Of a DNA stretch of 32,000 bases, positions 10,809-20,082 are shown piece after piece. Every line of letters starts with the position of its first letter. Positions within the stretch are counted from its first letter, which is position 1. The stretch is from Mycobacterium tuberculosis H37Rv (GTDB taxonomy: Bacteria; Actinomycetota; Actinomycetes; Mycobacteriales; Mycobacteriaceae): contig NC_000962.3 of NCBI RefSeq assembly GCF_000195955.2, positions 570,001-602,000 of the forward strand. The letters run 5' to 3'. The position numbers were made by a program, and so were the translations under genes. The notes under the pieces were generated by a model. That model was given only the letters and a program-made list of their open reading frames with translations, did no database searches and had not been told where the DNA came from.

Positions 10809-11492
10809 ATGACCAGTGTGTTGATTGTGGAGGACGAGGAGTCGCTGGCCGATCCGCTGGCGTTTCTGCTGCGCAAGGAGGGCTTTGAGGCCACGGTGGT
10901 GACCGATGGTCCGGCAGCTCTCGCCGAGTTCGACCGGGCCGGCGCCGACATCGTCCTGCTCGATCTGATGCTGCCTGGGATGTCGGGTACCGATGTATGC
11001 AAGCAGTTGCGCGCTCGGTCCAGCGTTCCGGTGATCATGGTGACCGCCCGGGATAGCGAGATCGACAAGGTGGTCGGCCTGGAGCTGGGCGCTGACGACT
11101 ACGTGACCAAGCCCTATTCGGCACGCGAGTTGATCGCACGCATCCGCGCGGTGCTGCGCCGTGGCGGCGACGACGACTCGGAGATGAGCGATGGCGTGCT
11201 GGAGTCCGGGCCGGTTCGCATGGATGTGGAGCGCCATGTCGTCTCGGTGAACGGTGACACCATCACGCTGCCGCTCAAGGAGTTCGACCTGCTGGAATAC
11301 CTGATGCGCAACAGCGGGCGGGTGTTGACTCGCGGACAACTGATCGACCGGGTCTGGGGTGCGGACTACGTGGGCGACACCAAGACGCTCGACGTCCATG
11401 TCAAGCGGCTGCGCTCCAAGATCGAAGCCGACCCGGCTAACCCGGTTCACTTGGTGACGGTGCGCGGGCTGGGCTACAAACTCGAGGGCTAG
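10809..11492 (+). CDS. regX3: Two-component response regulator, OmpR/PhoB family
   Basis: 227 aa; LIVEDEESLADPLAFLLRKEGFEA, DLMLPGMSG, K in DYVTKPYS, winged-helix C-terminus. Confidence 0.97.
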   Translation: MTSVLIVEDEESLADPLAFLLRKEGFEATVVTDGPAALAEFDRAGADIVLLDLMLPGMSGTDVCKQLRARSSVPVIMVTARDSEIDKVVGLELGADDYVTKPYSARELIARIRAVLRRGGDDDSEMSDGVLESGPVRMDVERHVVSVNGDTITLPLKEFDLLEYLMRNSGRVLTRGQLIDRVWGADYVGDTKTLDVHVKRLRSKIEADPANPVHLVTVRGLGYKLEG

Positions 11493-13378
11493 CGGACGCC
11501 GACAACCTTGGCGACTGTCTGGTCGGCTACGGCCAGTGCCATCGCCATGATGGACAGCTGCGGGTTCACTTCCGGGCAGCTGGGCAGGATCGAGGCGTCG
11601 GCAACCCACACGCCCTCGACGCCGCGCAGCCGGCCCGTCGCGTCGACCGGACAAAGCTGCTCGTCGGCGCCGGCGGCCGCGGTGCCCGTCGGATGGAAGG
11701 CGGCCAGGTGCAGGCTTCTGGGGTTGGCTCGGCGCAGCACATCCTGCAGCTCGGGCAGGGACCGCATCGGTGGGGCGCCGGGGATACCGGTCAGCACCTC
11801 CACCGCGCCGGCGGCAAAGAGCAGCCGGCCAATGGCCTGCAGCGCGACCCGTAGCTTGGCGATCTCACCTGGAGCTATGTCATAGCGCACCACCGTCTCG
11901 CCGCGCACCGACCGCACCGTGCCGACGCCCCGATCGGCCACCATCGCCCCGAATGTTGCGATCTGCGGCGCCCGGTCGAGCCAGCGGAGCAGCTCGGCCC
12001 CGTAGCCGGGGAAGACCATCGACCCCATGCCCGGCGGTGTGGAGGTGGCCTCGATCAGCACGCCGTCGGATTCGTGAAACTCGTGAACCGCCGCGCTCTG
12101 CAGCACCCCGCGCCACGCGAAGACGTCGTCGTCGAAGAGCCCGGCCAGCATAGTTGCCGGGTGCAGCGCAAGGTTGTGGCCCAGTCGCGGGTGCCCACCA
12201 AGACCGCTGCGCCGCAACAGTCCTGGCGTCTCCGTCGCACCGGCGGCGACGACGACCGCGTCGGCCAGCACGTCGAGTGTGGTGCCGTCGGGCCGGCGGG
12301 CTCGCACGCCATAGGCCCGCCCGGCGCGGTGCAGGATCCGTTCGACCCGCGCCCAGGAGATGATCCGCGCGCCGGCCGCGCAGGCTTGCGGCAGGGCGTT
12401 GAGGTGCACGCCGAACTTGGCGTTGCTGGGGCAGCCGATCGCGCACTGGCAACAGCCACGGCACCCCGGCGCATTGCGCGGGATGGGCGCCGCCCGCCAG
12501 CCCAGCGACTTGGCGGCCTGCAGCAACAGGCGCCCGTTGCGGCCCATGATCTCCAGCGGCACCGGCGCAACCCGCAGTGTTTGCTCCGCATCGTCAAGAC
12601 GACGTCCCAGCTGGTCGGGGTCGGCCAGGCCGAGACCGAACTCGTCACGCCAGCGCCGCTGCACGGCAAGTGAAGGCCGAAAGCAGGTGCCGGAGTTGAC
12701 GACGGTGGTGCCGCCCACCGCCCGGCCCATCGGCAGCACCACCGCCGGTCGCCCGAGCGCGACGGTGGCCCCGGCGCCACGGTACAACCCGGCATAACGG
12801 TCGACCGGGTGGGTGCTACGGAACTCCTCGACCGTCCAGCGCCGTCCCTCTTCGAGCACGACCACGTCAAGGCCGGCCCGGGCCAGCGTGCGCGCGACCA
12901 TCGCGCCGCCCGCCCCGGAGCCGACGACCACCGCATCGGCCCTGGTGACGGATGGGCTGTCCGCCGACAAGATGACGGTCAACTCCGCGTCGGGGCGCGC
13001 CGCGTCATGTTCCTGGGCGCGGGCGAGCAATTCGTGCGCGTAGGTGTCGGCGCCGTTGGCCAACAGCACGATCGCCTTCAACCCCTCCACGGCCGCAGCG
13101 ACTTCCGGGCTCAGTGCGGCGATCCGGTGCAGCACCCGTGCCCGCTCGTCCGGGTGCAGTCGCGGTAGCGACCGGCCGGTGGTGAGGTAGCTGGCCGCCG
13201 CCAGTGAAGCCAGCCCGGCGCGCACCGCGAATCGTGAGGTCGCCGGCAGTCGTGTGACGTAGCGGTCAACGCGCTGCACGAATTGAGCCGGCAACGGGCC
13301 GCCGAGCTCCGGCGGCAGCAGCGCGGCGCCGAACGAGGCCAACGGATAGGACTTAGCCCGATCGGCGAGCCGGCTCAT
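11489..13378 (-). CDS. GMC-family oxidoreductase with a Cys cluster
   Basis: 629 aa from MSRLADRAK; VVVGSGAGGAMVARTLARAGLDVVVLEEG FAD motif; CRGCCQCAIGCPSNAK; C-terminal NPQLSIMAMALAVAD (Rv0492c-like). Confidence 0.9.
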   Translation of the reverse strand: MSRLADRAKSYPLASFGAALLPPELGGPLPAQFVQRVDRYVTRLPATSRFAVRAGLASLAAASYLTTGRSLPRLHPDERARVLHRIAALSPEVAAAVEGLKAIVLLANGADTYAHELLARAQEHDAARPDAELTVILSADSPSVTRADAVVVGSGAGGAMVARTLARAGLDVVVLEEGRRWTVEEFRSTHPVDRYAGLYRGAGATVALGRPAVVLPMGRAVGGTTVVNSGTCFRPSLAVQRRWRDEFGLGLADPDQLGRRLDDAEQTLRVAPVPLEIMGRNGRLLLQAAKSLGWRAAPIPRNAPGCRGCCQCAIGCPSNAKFGVHLNALPQACAAGARIISWARVERILHRAGRAYGVRARRPDGTTLDVLADAVVVAAGATETPGLLRRSGLGGHPRLGHNLALHPATMLAGLFDDDVFAWRGVLQSAAVHEFHESDGVLIEATSTPPGMGSMVFPGYGAELLRWLDRAPQIATFGAMVADRGVGTVRSVRGETVVRYDIAPGEIAKLRVALQAIGRLLFAAGAVEVLTGIPGAPPMRSLPELQDVLRRANPRSLHLAAFHPTGTAAAGADEQLCPVDATGRLRGVEGVWVADASILPSCPEVNPQLSIMAMALAVADQTVAKVVGVR

Positions 13379-13704
13379 ATCCGGCGCCCGAGCCGGCGGC
13401 CGAGCTTTATGAAGAACGGATACGTTGCGAAGATGGCAGCGGCCATCGCGTGCAGCGGCCACTCCGCGCGGGCCACATCCACGCTGAAAACCCCGCTGTT
13501 CCACATGAAATCGCGGCCGTTCTGTGCGCGAAATGGCCGCCACAGCATCCCGAGCCCGGGTACGTTGTGGTACAGCCCGAACGAAGCGCCGAAGAAGACG
13601 CCCAGGGCGGCGGCCTCGGCGGCATCGCGGCGGTCCACGGGCAGGCGTCGCTCGATGAGCACTCCGCAGACAAACAGCAGCGGCGGGTCGAGCAGGAAAC
13701 TCAT
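13375..13704 (-). CDS. Small conserved membrane-associated protein
   Basis: 109 aa (MSFLLDPPLLFVCGVLIERRLPVDRRDAAEAAALGVFFGASFGLYHNVPGLG...), ATGA overlaps with both neighbours (Rv0492A-like). Confidence 0.8.
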   Translation of the reverse strand: MSFLLDPPLLFVCGVLIERRLPVDRRDAAEAAALGVFFGASFGLYHNVPGLGMLWRPFRAQNGRDFMWNSGVFSVDVARAEWPLHAMAAAIFATYPFFIKLGRRLGRRI

Positions 13705-14651
13705 GCTGGCGTCCCTTCCTTGATAGCCGGTGCCGCGGTTCCCCGCAGGCCGACTTCGGCGTGTCCGGTGCCCAGCACCGACCAGTGCCGGCCGCCGAGC
13801 TCGATGTGGATGTCGGCCTGCTCGGTGTTGGTGCACACCGCCTTGGCCCCGTCGGGATCGGTGTATCCCAGGCTTACGCACCGCTCCGGCGGCTGGTCTA
13901 CCCGGATTAGCGCCTCCCGGCCGCCGATGCGTCCTTCCAGTTGCCAGTGCCGCACGCCGAGCGTTGTCCGCATTCGCAGCGACGGTAAAGGACTTGCGGG
14001 CCAATCCTTTCCGTCGATGCGGAAGCGAACGAACGCTAGCGGCGCGAGCCTGCGTAGGCCCGGCTTGTGTGATACCGCGGTCACCACCTCTAGGACGTCG
14101 CCGTCGCCGAGATCGGCATGGATCCATCCCCACCGCTTGGCATTGCCATGTCCGTAGATGTGGGCCACACTGCCGCGCCAGCTGTCGACGCGGTGGGTGG
14201 TTTCGCCGACGGCCAAGGAGCCAGCGAAGACGGCGGTGGGTGCGATCACCACTTGGGCGCCGGGCAGCAACTCGCGCTCCCAGGCCACGCGAGGAAACGT
14301 CCACAGTGGCGCCGCGGTGTCCTTCCAGGACAGCTCCCATGCGAGTGATCGGGTACGTCCGGTCAGCTCCGCTGGCGCCATTCGTACACCGGCGATGTCG
14401 AACCAGGCGGGGCCGGCCGCGGGTTGGGCGGGCTGGGGGCCGAAGCGCTCGGTGCCCGGCGGGGCATCCGGTGGAAACCAGGTCACCCAGCCGTGCGCGT
14501 AGGGCCCGCCGGTCGTCGGGGCCACCGTCTCACAGTGCACCCATAGGCCGGTACGCGTCAGTGGATCCGACAGAGTCGCATACCAGACTTCCAGGCGCCC
14601 GGCTGCACCGCGCCACCGCGGCAAGGCCGCCGACCGCGTTTCATCGTCCAC
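13701..14651 (-). CDS. Conserved protein, possibly CrtC/lipocalin-like fold
   Basis: ORF extends to 14690, but a strong SD (AGGAGG, 14664-14659) lies 7 nt before an internal GTG at 14651 (VDDETRSAALPRW...), so I place the start there (Rv0493c-like). The family assignment is only a weak inference from W/G-rich motifs. Confidence 0.75.
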   Translation of the reverse strand: MDDETRSAALPRWRGAAGRLEVWYATLSDPLTRTGLWVHCETVAPTTGGPYAHGWVTWFPPDAPPGTERFGPQPAQPAAGPAWFDIAGVRMAPAELTGRTRSLAWELSWKDTAAPLWTFPRVAWERELLPGAQVVIAPTAVFAGSLAVGETTHRVDSWRGSVAHIYGHGNAKRWGWIHADLGDGDVLEVVTAVSHKPGLRRLAPLAFVRFRIDGKDWPASPLPSLRMRTTLGVRHWQLEGRIGGREALIRVDQPPERCVSLGYTDPDGAKAVCTNTEQADIHIELGGRHWSVLGTGHAEVGLRGTAAPAIKEGTPA

Positions 14652-14690
14652 TGCGGCACCTCCTGCTGGCTGAGTTGTCGATTCGCCCAC

Positions 14691-14708
14691 TATATTGGTT
14701 GAGCCAAT
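14691..14708 (+). promoter_or_regulatory. Candidate -10 (TATATT, 14691-14696) overlapped by palindrome ATTGG-TTGAG-CCAAT (14694-14708)
   Basis: Perfect 5-bp arms around a 5-bp spacer, immediately upstream of and touching ATG 14707 of the GntR-type regulator. Confidence 0.5.
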
Positions 14709-15423
14709 GAACCAGTCAAGTGTCTTTCAGCCGCCGGATCGGCAGCGGGTGGATGAGCGGATCGCGACGACGATCGCCGACGCCATCCTCGACGGCGTCT
14801 TCCCGCCGGGCTCGACCCTGCCGCCCGAGCGAGACCTGGCAGAGCGGCTCGGTGTCAACCGCACCTCGCTACGCCAGGGTCTGGCGCGACTGCAACAGAT
14901 GGGCCTGATCGAGGTGCGGCACGGCAGCGGCAGTGTGGTCCGTGACCCCGAGGGGCTCACCCATCCCGCGGTGGTCGAGGCGCTGGTGCGCAAACTGGGC
15001 CCCGACTTCCTCGTCGAGTTGCTGGAGATCCGCGCGGCGTTAGGCCCGTTGATTGGCCGCCTGGCGGCCGCCCGGAGCACGCCCGAGGATGCCGAGGCGT
15101 TGTGTGCGGCGCTGGAAGTGGTGCAACAGGCGGACACGGCCGCGGCGCGGCAGGCAGCCGATCTTGCCTACTTCCGGGTGCTCATCCACAGCACTCGCAA
15201 CCGCGCATTGGGGTTGCTCTACCGCTGGGTGGAGCACGCCTTCGGCGGCCGCGAGCATGCGCTCACCGGGGCCTACGACGACGCGGACCCAGTGTTGACC
15301 GACCTGCGGGCGATCAACGGGGCGGTGCTGGCCGGTGACCCGGCGGCCGCTGCCGCGACCGTCGAGGCGTATCTGAACGCCAGTGCGCTGCGCATGGTCA
15401 AGTCCTACCGCGACCGCGCTTAG
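14707..15423 (+). CDS. GntR/FadR-family transcriptional regulator
   Basis: 238 aa from ATG 14707 (242 aa if TTG 14695 is used); [44 protein letters not shown] and FCD-type C-terminus (Rv0494-like). Confidence 0.92.
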
Positions 15424-16314
15424 CTACTGGGCCGCACGCGTCGCCGGATGTACGGCGATGAGCCCTAATTGACTGCGGCGCTTGCACATTGCTGCGAGTT
15501 CCCCATAGGCCTTCTCCCCGAGTAATTCGGTGAGTTCGTCGGCAAGGCTCTGCCACACCTGCTTGGTTCCGACATGGGCGGCCGGATCGCCGGTGCAATA
15601 CCAGTGCAGGTCAGCACCACCCGAGCCCCAACCGCGGCGGTCATATTCGGTGAGGGTGGTCTTGAGGATTTCGGTGCCGTCGGGGCGGGTCACCCATTCC
15701 TGGCTGCGCCGGATCGGCAACTGCCAGCAGACATCGGGTTTCATCGTCAACGGCGGCACGCCCAGCTTGAGGGCTTTGCTGTGCAGCGCGCAGCCGGCGC
15801 CACCGGCGAACCCGGGCCGGTTCAAGAAGATACACGCGCCCTTGTGTTTGCGGGTGCGGTGCTGGGGTTGGCCGTCGTGCTCGTCGAGTTCCAGGTAGCC
15901 CTTGCGGCGCAGGCCCTTTGCCCGGAACTGCCAGTCGTCGTCGGTCAGCTTGTGCACCGCGTCGGCCAACCGGGTGCGGTCGTCGTCGTCGGACAGGAAC
16001 GCACCGTGCGAACAACAGCCGTCGTTTGGCCGGCCCGCGACGGTGCCCTGGCAGGCGGGTGTGCCGAATACACACGCCCAGCGCGACAGCAACCAGGTAA
16101 GGTCGGCCGCGATCAGGTGCTCGGGATTGTCCGGGTCGTAGAACTCCACCCACTCACGGGCGAAGTCCAACTCGACTTCTTGCCCCGGGTGCACCGGTCT
16201 CCGTCGCGAATTTGCCACGGATTCAACGTTAGACCACGAAGCCCGCCGCGGGATTCCGCCATAGCCCAGCACGGCCGGCACATGCCACCGGGCGCCTTGC
16301 GCGGGTCGCCACAC
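15424..16314 (-). CDS. Conserved Cys-rich protein (possible metal/Fe-S cluster binding)
   Basis: 296 aa; [26 protein letters not shown] and [43 protein letters not shown] (Rv0495c-like). Confidence 0.85.
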   Translation of the reverse strand: MWRPAQGARWHVPAVLGYGGIPRRASWSNVESVANSRRRPVHPGQEVELDFAREWVEFYDPDNPEHLIAADLTWLLSRWACVFGTPACQGTVAGRPNDGCCSHGAFLSDDDDRTRLADAVHKLTDDDWQFRAKGLRRKGYLELDEHDGQPQHRTRKHKGACIFLNRPGFAGGAGCALHSKALKLGVPPLTMKPDVCWQLPIRRSQEWVTRPDGTEILKTTLTEYDRRGWGSGGADLHWYCTGDPAAHVGTKQVWQSLADELTELLGEKAYGELAAMCKRRSQLGLIAVHPATRAAQ

Positions 16315-16345
16315 GCCCGTATCTTCGCCCGGCTAGTTTGTTTTC

Positions 16346-17380
16346 GTGCGATTGGGCGTGCTGGACGTGGGTAGCAACACGGTCCATCTGCTGGTGGTCG
16401 ATGCCCACCGCGGCGGCCACCCGACCCCGATGAGCTCGACGAAGGCCACGCTGCGGCTGGCCGAGGCCACCGACAGCTCGGGCAAGATCACCAAGCGCGG
16501 AGCCGACAAGCTGATTTCCACCATCGACGAATTCGCCAAGATTGCCATCAGCTCGGGCTGTGCCGAGCTGATGGCCTTCGCCACGTCGGCGGTCCGCGAC
16601 GCCGAGAATTCCGAGGACGTCCTGTCCCGGGTGCGCAAAGAGACCGGTGTCGAGTTGCAGGCGCTGCGTGGGGAGGACGAGTCACGGCTGACCTTCCTGG
16701 CCGTGCGACGATGGTACGGGTGGAGCGCTGGGCGCATCCTCAACCTCGACATCGGCGGCGGCTCGCTGGAAGTGTCCAGTGGCGTGGACGAGGAGCCCGA
16801 GATTGCGTTATCGCTGCCCCTGGGCGCCGGACGGTTGACCCGAGAGTGGCTGCCCGACGATCCGCCGGGCCGGCGCCGGGTGGCGATGCTGCGAGACTGG
16901 CTGGATGCCGAGCTGGCCGAGCCCAGTGTGACCGTCCTGGAAGCCGGCAGCCCCGACCTGGCGGTCGCAACGTCGAAGACGTTTCGCTCGTTGGCGCGAC
17001 TAACCGGTGCGGCCCCATCCATGGCCGGGCCGCGGGTGAAGAGGACCCTAACGGCAAATGGTCTGCGGCAACTCATCGCGTTTATCTCTAGGATGACGGC
17101 GGTTGACCGTGCAGAACTGGAAGGGGTAAGCGCCGACCGAGCGCCGCAGATTGTGGCCGGCGCCCTGGTGGCAGAGGCGAGCATGCGAGCACTGTCGATA
17201 GAAGCGGTGGAAATCTGCCCGTGGGCGCTGCGGGAAGGTCTCATCTTGCGCAAACTCGACAGCGAAGCCGACGGAACCGCCCTCATCGAGTCTTCGTCTG
17301 TGCACACTTCGGTGCGTGCCGTCGGAGGTCAGCCAGCTGATCGGAACGCGGCCAACCGATCGAGAGGCAGCAAACCATGA
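16346..17380 (+). CDS. ppx1: Exopolyphosphatase / Ppx-GppA phosphatase family
   Basis: GTG start, 344 aa; [19 protein letters not shown] phosphate-1 motif and [12 protein letters not shown] motif (Rv0496-like). Confidence 0.92.
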
Positions 17381-18309
17381 CGGGACCACACCCCGAAACA
17401 GAGAGCTCCGGTAACCGGCAGATCTCGGTGGCCGAGTTGCTGGCCAGGCAAGGGGTCACCGGCGCCCCGGCCCGACGGCGCCGGCGGCGACGCGGCGATA
17501 GTGACGCCATCACGGTCGCCGAGCTGACCGGTGAGATTCCGATCATTCGTGACGACCATCACCACGCCGGCCCGGACGCGCACGCGAGCCAGTCTCCGGC
17601 GGCTAACGGGCGAGTCCAGGTTGGCGAAGCTGCCCCACAGTCGCCGGCGGAACCAGTCGCCGAGCAGGTTGCCGAAGAGCCAACGAGAACCGTGTACTGG
17701 TCGCAACCCGAGCCGCGCTGGCCCAAGTCCCCCCCGCAGGACCGGCGCGAGTCCGGGCCCGAGCTTAGCGAGTACCCGCGGCCACTGCGCCACACGCATA
17801 GCGACAGAGCACCCGCGGGGCCGCCGTCCGGTGCCGAACACATGAGTCCGGATCCGGTCGAGCACTACCCCGATCTCTGGGTGGATGTCCTGGACACCGA
17901 GGTGGGCGAAGCGGAAGCCGAGACCGAGGTGCGCGAAGCGCAACCTGGGCGCGGCGAGCGCCACGCCGCAGCGGCGGCGGCCGGCACCGACGTCGAGGGT
18001 GATGGTGCGGCCGAGGCGCGGGTTGCCCGTCGTGCCCTGGACGTGGTCCCGACGCTGTGGCGCGGCGCGTTGGTCGTGCTGCAGTCGATCCTGGCCGTTG
18101 CCTTCGGTGCCGGGTTGTTCATCGCCTTCGACCAGTTGTGGCGCTGGAACAGCATAGTGGCGCTAGTGCTATCGGTGATGGTCATCCTTGGCCTAGTGGT
18201 CTCGGTGCGGGCAGTCCGCAAGACCGAAGACATCGCCAGTACGTTGATCGCGGTTGCGGTGGGGGCGCTGATTACCCTGGGACCGCTGGCCTTGTTGCAA
18301 TCGGGCTAG
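17377..18309 (+). CDS. Conserved membrane protein with long acidic/proline-rich cytosolic region
   Basis: 310 aa; low-complexity N-terminal region, C-terminal hydrophobic segments ([55 protein letters not shown]) (Rv0497-like). Confidence 0.88.
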
Positions 18310-18324
18310 CCGCCACCACACACA

Positions 18325-19167
18325 GTGCGCCCAGCAATCAAAGTCGGCTTGTCGACGGCCTCGGTGTACCCGTTGCGGGCCGAGGCCGCGTTCGAGTACG
18401 CCGACAGGCTTGGCTACGACGGGGTCGAGCTGATGGTCTGGGGTGAATCGGTCAGTCAGGACATCGATGCCGTCCGGAAGCTGTCGCGCCGCTACCGCGT
18501 GCCGGTGTTGTCGGTGCACGCTCCGTGCCTACTCATCTCGCAGCGGGTGTGGGGCGCCAATCCGATCCTCAAGTTGGACCGCAGTGTGCGGGCCGCCGAA
18601 CAACTGGGCGCGCAAACGGTCGTCGTGCATCCGCCTTTCCGCTGGCAACGACGCTACGCCGAAGGGTTCAGCGATCAGGTTGCCGCCCTAGAAGCGGCCA
18701 GCACCGTGATGGTGGCCGTTGAAAACATGTTTCCCTTCCGAGCGGACCGGTTTTTCGGGGCCGGCCAGTCCCGGGAACGGATGCGTAAGCGGGGTGGTGG
18801 CCCAGGTCCGGCGATCTCGGCGTTCGCGCCGTCCTACGACCCGCTGGACGGCAACCACGCGCATTACACGCTGGACCTCTCGCACACCGCGACTGCGGGC
18901 ACCGACTCGCTGGATATGGCGCGGCGGATGGGCCCAGGGCTGGTGCACCTGCACCTGTGTGACGGCAGCGGCCTGCCCGCCGACGAGCACCTGGTGCCCG
19001 GCCGCGGTACCCAGCCGACCGCCGAGGTGTGCCAGATGCTGGCCGGCAGCGGCTTCGTCGGCCACGTCGTGTTGGAGGTGTCCACCTCAAGCGCGCGTTC
19101 GGCCAATGAACGCGAATCCATGCTGGCCGAGTCGTTGCAGTTCGCCCGCACTCACCTGCTGCGTTGA
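18325..19167 (+). CDS. Sugar phosphate isomerase/epimerase-like (xylose isomerase-like TIM barrel)
   Basis: GTG start, 280 aa; GYDGVELMVWG, HAPCLLISQRVWG, YTLDLSHTATAG (Rv0498-like). Confidence 0.83.
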   Translation: MRPAIKVGLSTASVYPLRAEAAFEYADRLGYDGVELMVWGESVSQDIDAVRKLSRRYRVPVLSVHAPCLLISQRVWGANPILKLDRSVRAAEQLGAQTVVVHPPFRWQRRYAEGFSDQVAALEAASTVMVAVENMFPFRADRFFGAGQSRERMRKRGGGPGPAISAFAPSYDPLDGNHAHYTLDLSHTATAGTDSLDMARRMGPGLVHLHLCDGSGLPADEHLVPGRGTQPTAEVCQMLAGSGFVGHVVLEVSTSSARSANERESMLAESLQFARTHLLR

Positions 19168-19182
19168 TATGCCGGGAACACT

Positions 19183-20058
19183 ATGAACGCGTTGTTCACC
19201 ACGGCGATGGCGCTGCGCCCGCTTGACTCCGATCCCGGCAATCCGGCGTGCCGGGTTTTTGAAGGCGAGCTGAACGAGCACTGGACCATCGGGCCCAAGG
19301 TGCACGGCGGTGCGATGGTGGCGCTGTGTGCCAATGCCGCCCGCACCGCTTACGGCGCGGCCGGACAGCAGCCCATGCGGCAACCGGTCGCAGTGTCGGC
19401 GAGCTTTCTGTGGGCGCCGGATCCGGGGACGATGCGGTTGGTGACGTCGATCCGCAAGCGTGGTCGCCGGATTAGCGTGGCCGATGTCGAGCTCACCCAG
19501 GGTGGCCGCACAGCGGTGCACGCCGTGGTCACCCTGGGTGAGCCGGAGCATTTTCTCCCCGGCGTTGATGGGAGCGGCGGGGCCAGTGGAACCGCGCCGC
19601 TGCTGTCGGCGAATCCGGTGGTGGAGCTGATGGCACCGGAACCGCCCGAGGGAGTCGTGCCGATCGGTCCCGGCCATCAGCTGGCCGGGCTGGTGCACTT
19701 AGGCGAAGGCTGCGATGTCCGGCCGGTGTTGTCGACGTTGCGGTCCGCGACCGATGGGCGGCCACCGGTGATTCAGCTGTGGGCGCGTCCACGCGGCGTT
19801 GCTCCGGACGCGCTGTTCGCTCTGTTGTGCGGGGACTTGTCGGCCCCGGTGACCTTCGCGGTGGACCGCACCGGCTGGGCGCCTACAGTTGCGCTCACCG
19901 CCTATCTTCGGGCCCTGCCCGCCGACGGCTGGCTGCGAGTGCTCTGCACCTGCGTCGAAATCGGGCAGGACTGGTTTGACGAGGACCACATCGTCGTCGA
20001 CCGGTTGGGCCGCATCGTGGTGCAGACGCGCCAACTGGCGATGGTGCCTGCCCAGTAG
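19183..20058 (+). CDS. Acyl-CoA thioesterase-like (double hotdog) conserved protein
   Basis: 291 aa; WTIGPKVHGGAMVALCANAARTA, VSASFLWAPDPGTMRLVTSIRKRGRRISVADVEL (Rv0499-like). Confidence 0.78.
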   Translation: MNALFTTAMALRPLDSDPGNPACRVFEGELNEHWTIGPKVHGGAMVALCANAARTAYGAAGQQPMRQPVAVSASFLWAPDPGTMRLVTSIRKRGRRISVADVELTQGGRTAVHAVVTLGEPEHFLPGVDGSGGASGTAPLLSANPVVELMAPEPPEGVVPIGPGHQLAGLVHLGEGCDVRPVLSTLRSATDGRPPVIQLWARPRGVAPDALFALLCGDLSAPVTFAVDRTGWAPTVALTAYLRALPADGWLRVLCTCVEIGQDWFDEDHIVVDRLGRIVVQTRQLAMVPAQ

Positions 20059-20082
20059 CACGGATCGGCCGAGCTGTCTGCG

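Noticed and set aside
10497-11654. 385-aa minus-strand ORF with a triplicated peptide ([24 protein letters not shown])
   Set aside because: Antisense to senX3, the MIRU array and regX3. The repeated peptide is just the reverse translation of the MIRU units, and long shadow ORFs are expected at this GC content.
12055-12936. 293-aa plus-strand ORF antisense to the GMC oxidoreductase, plus others at 13730-14710 and 15574-16374
   Set aside because: Arg/Trp/Pro-rich translations opposite genes with strong family motifs; interpreted as GC-skew shadow ORFs.
17531-18000. Acidic/Pro-rich stretch of Rv0497 considered as a coding tandem repeat
   Set aside because: Only loose E/A/P low complexity; no fixed-period DNA repeat visible by eye.
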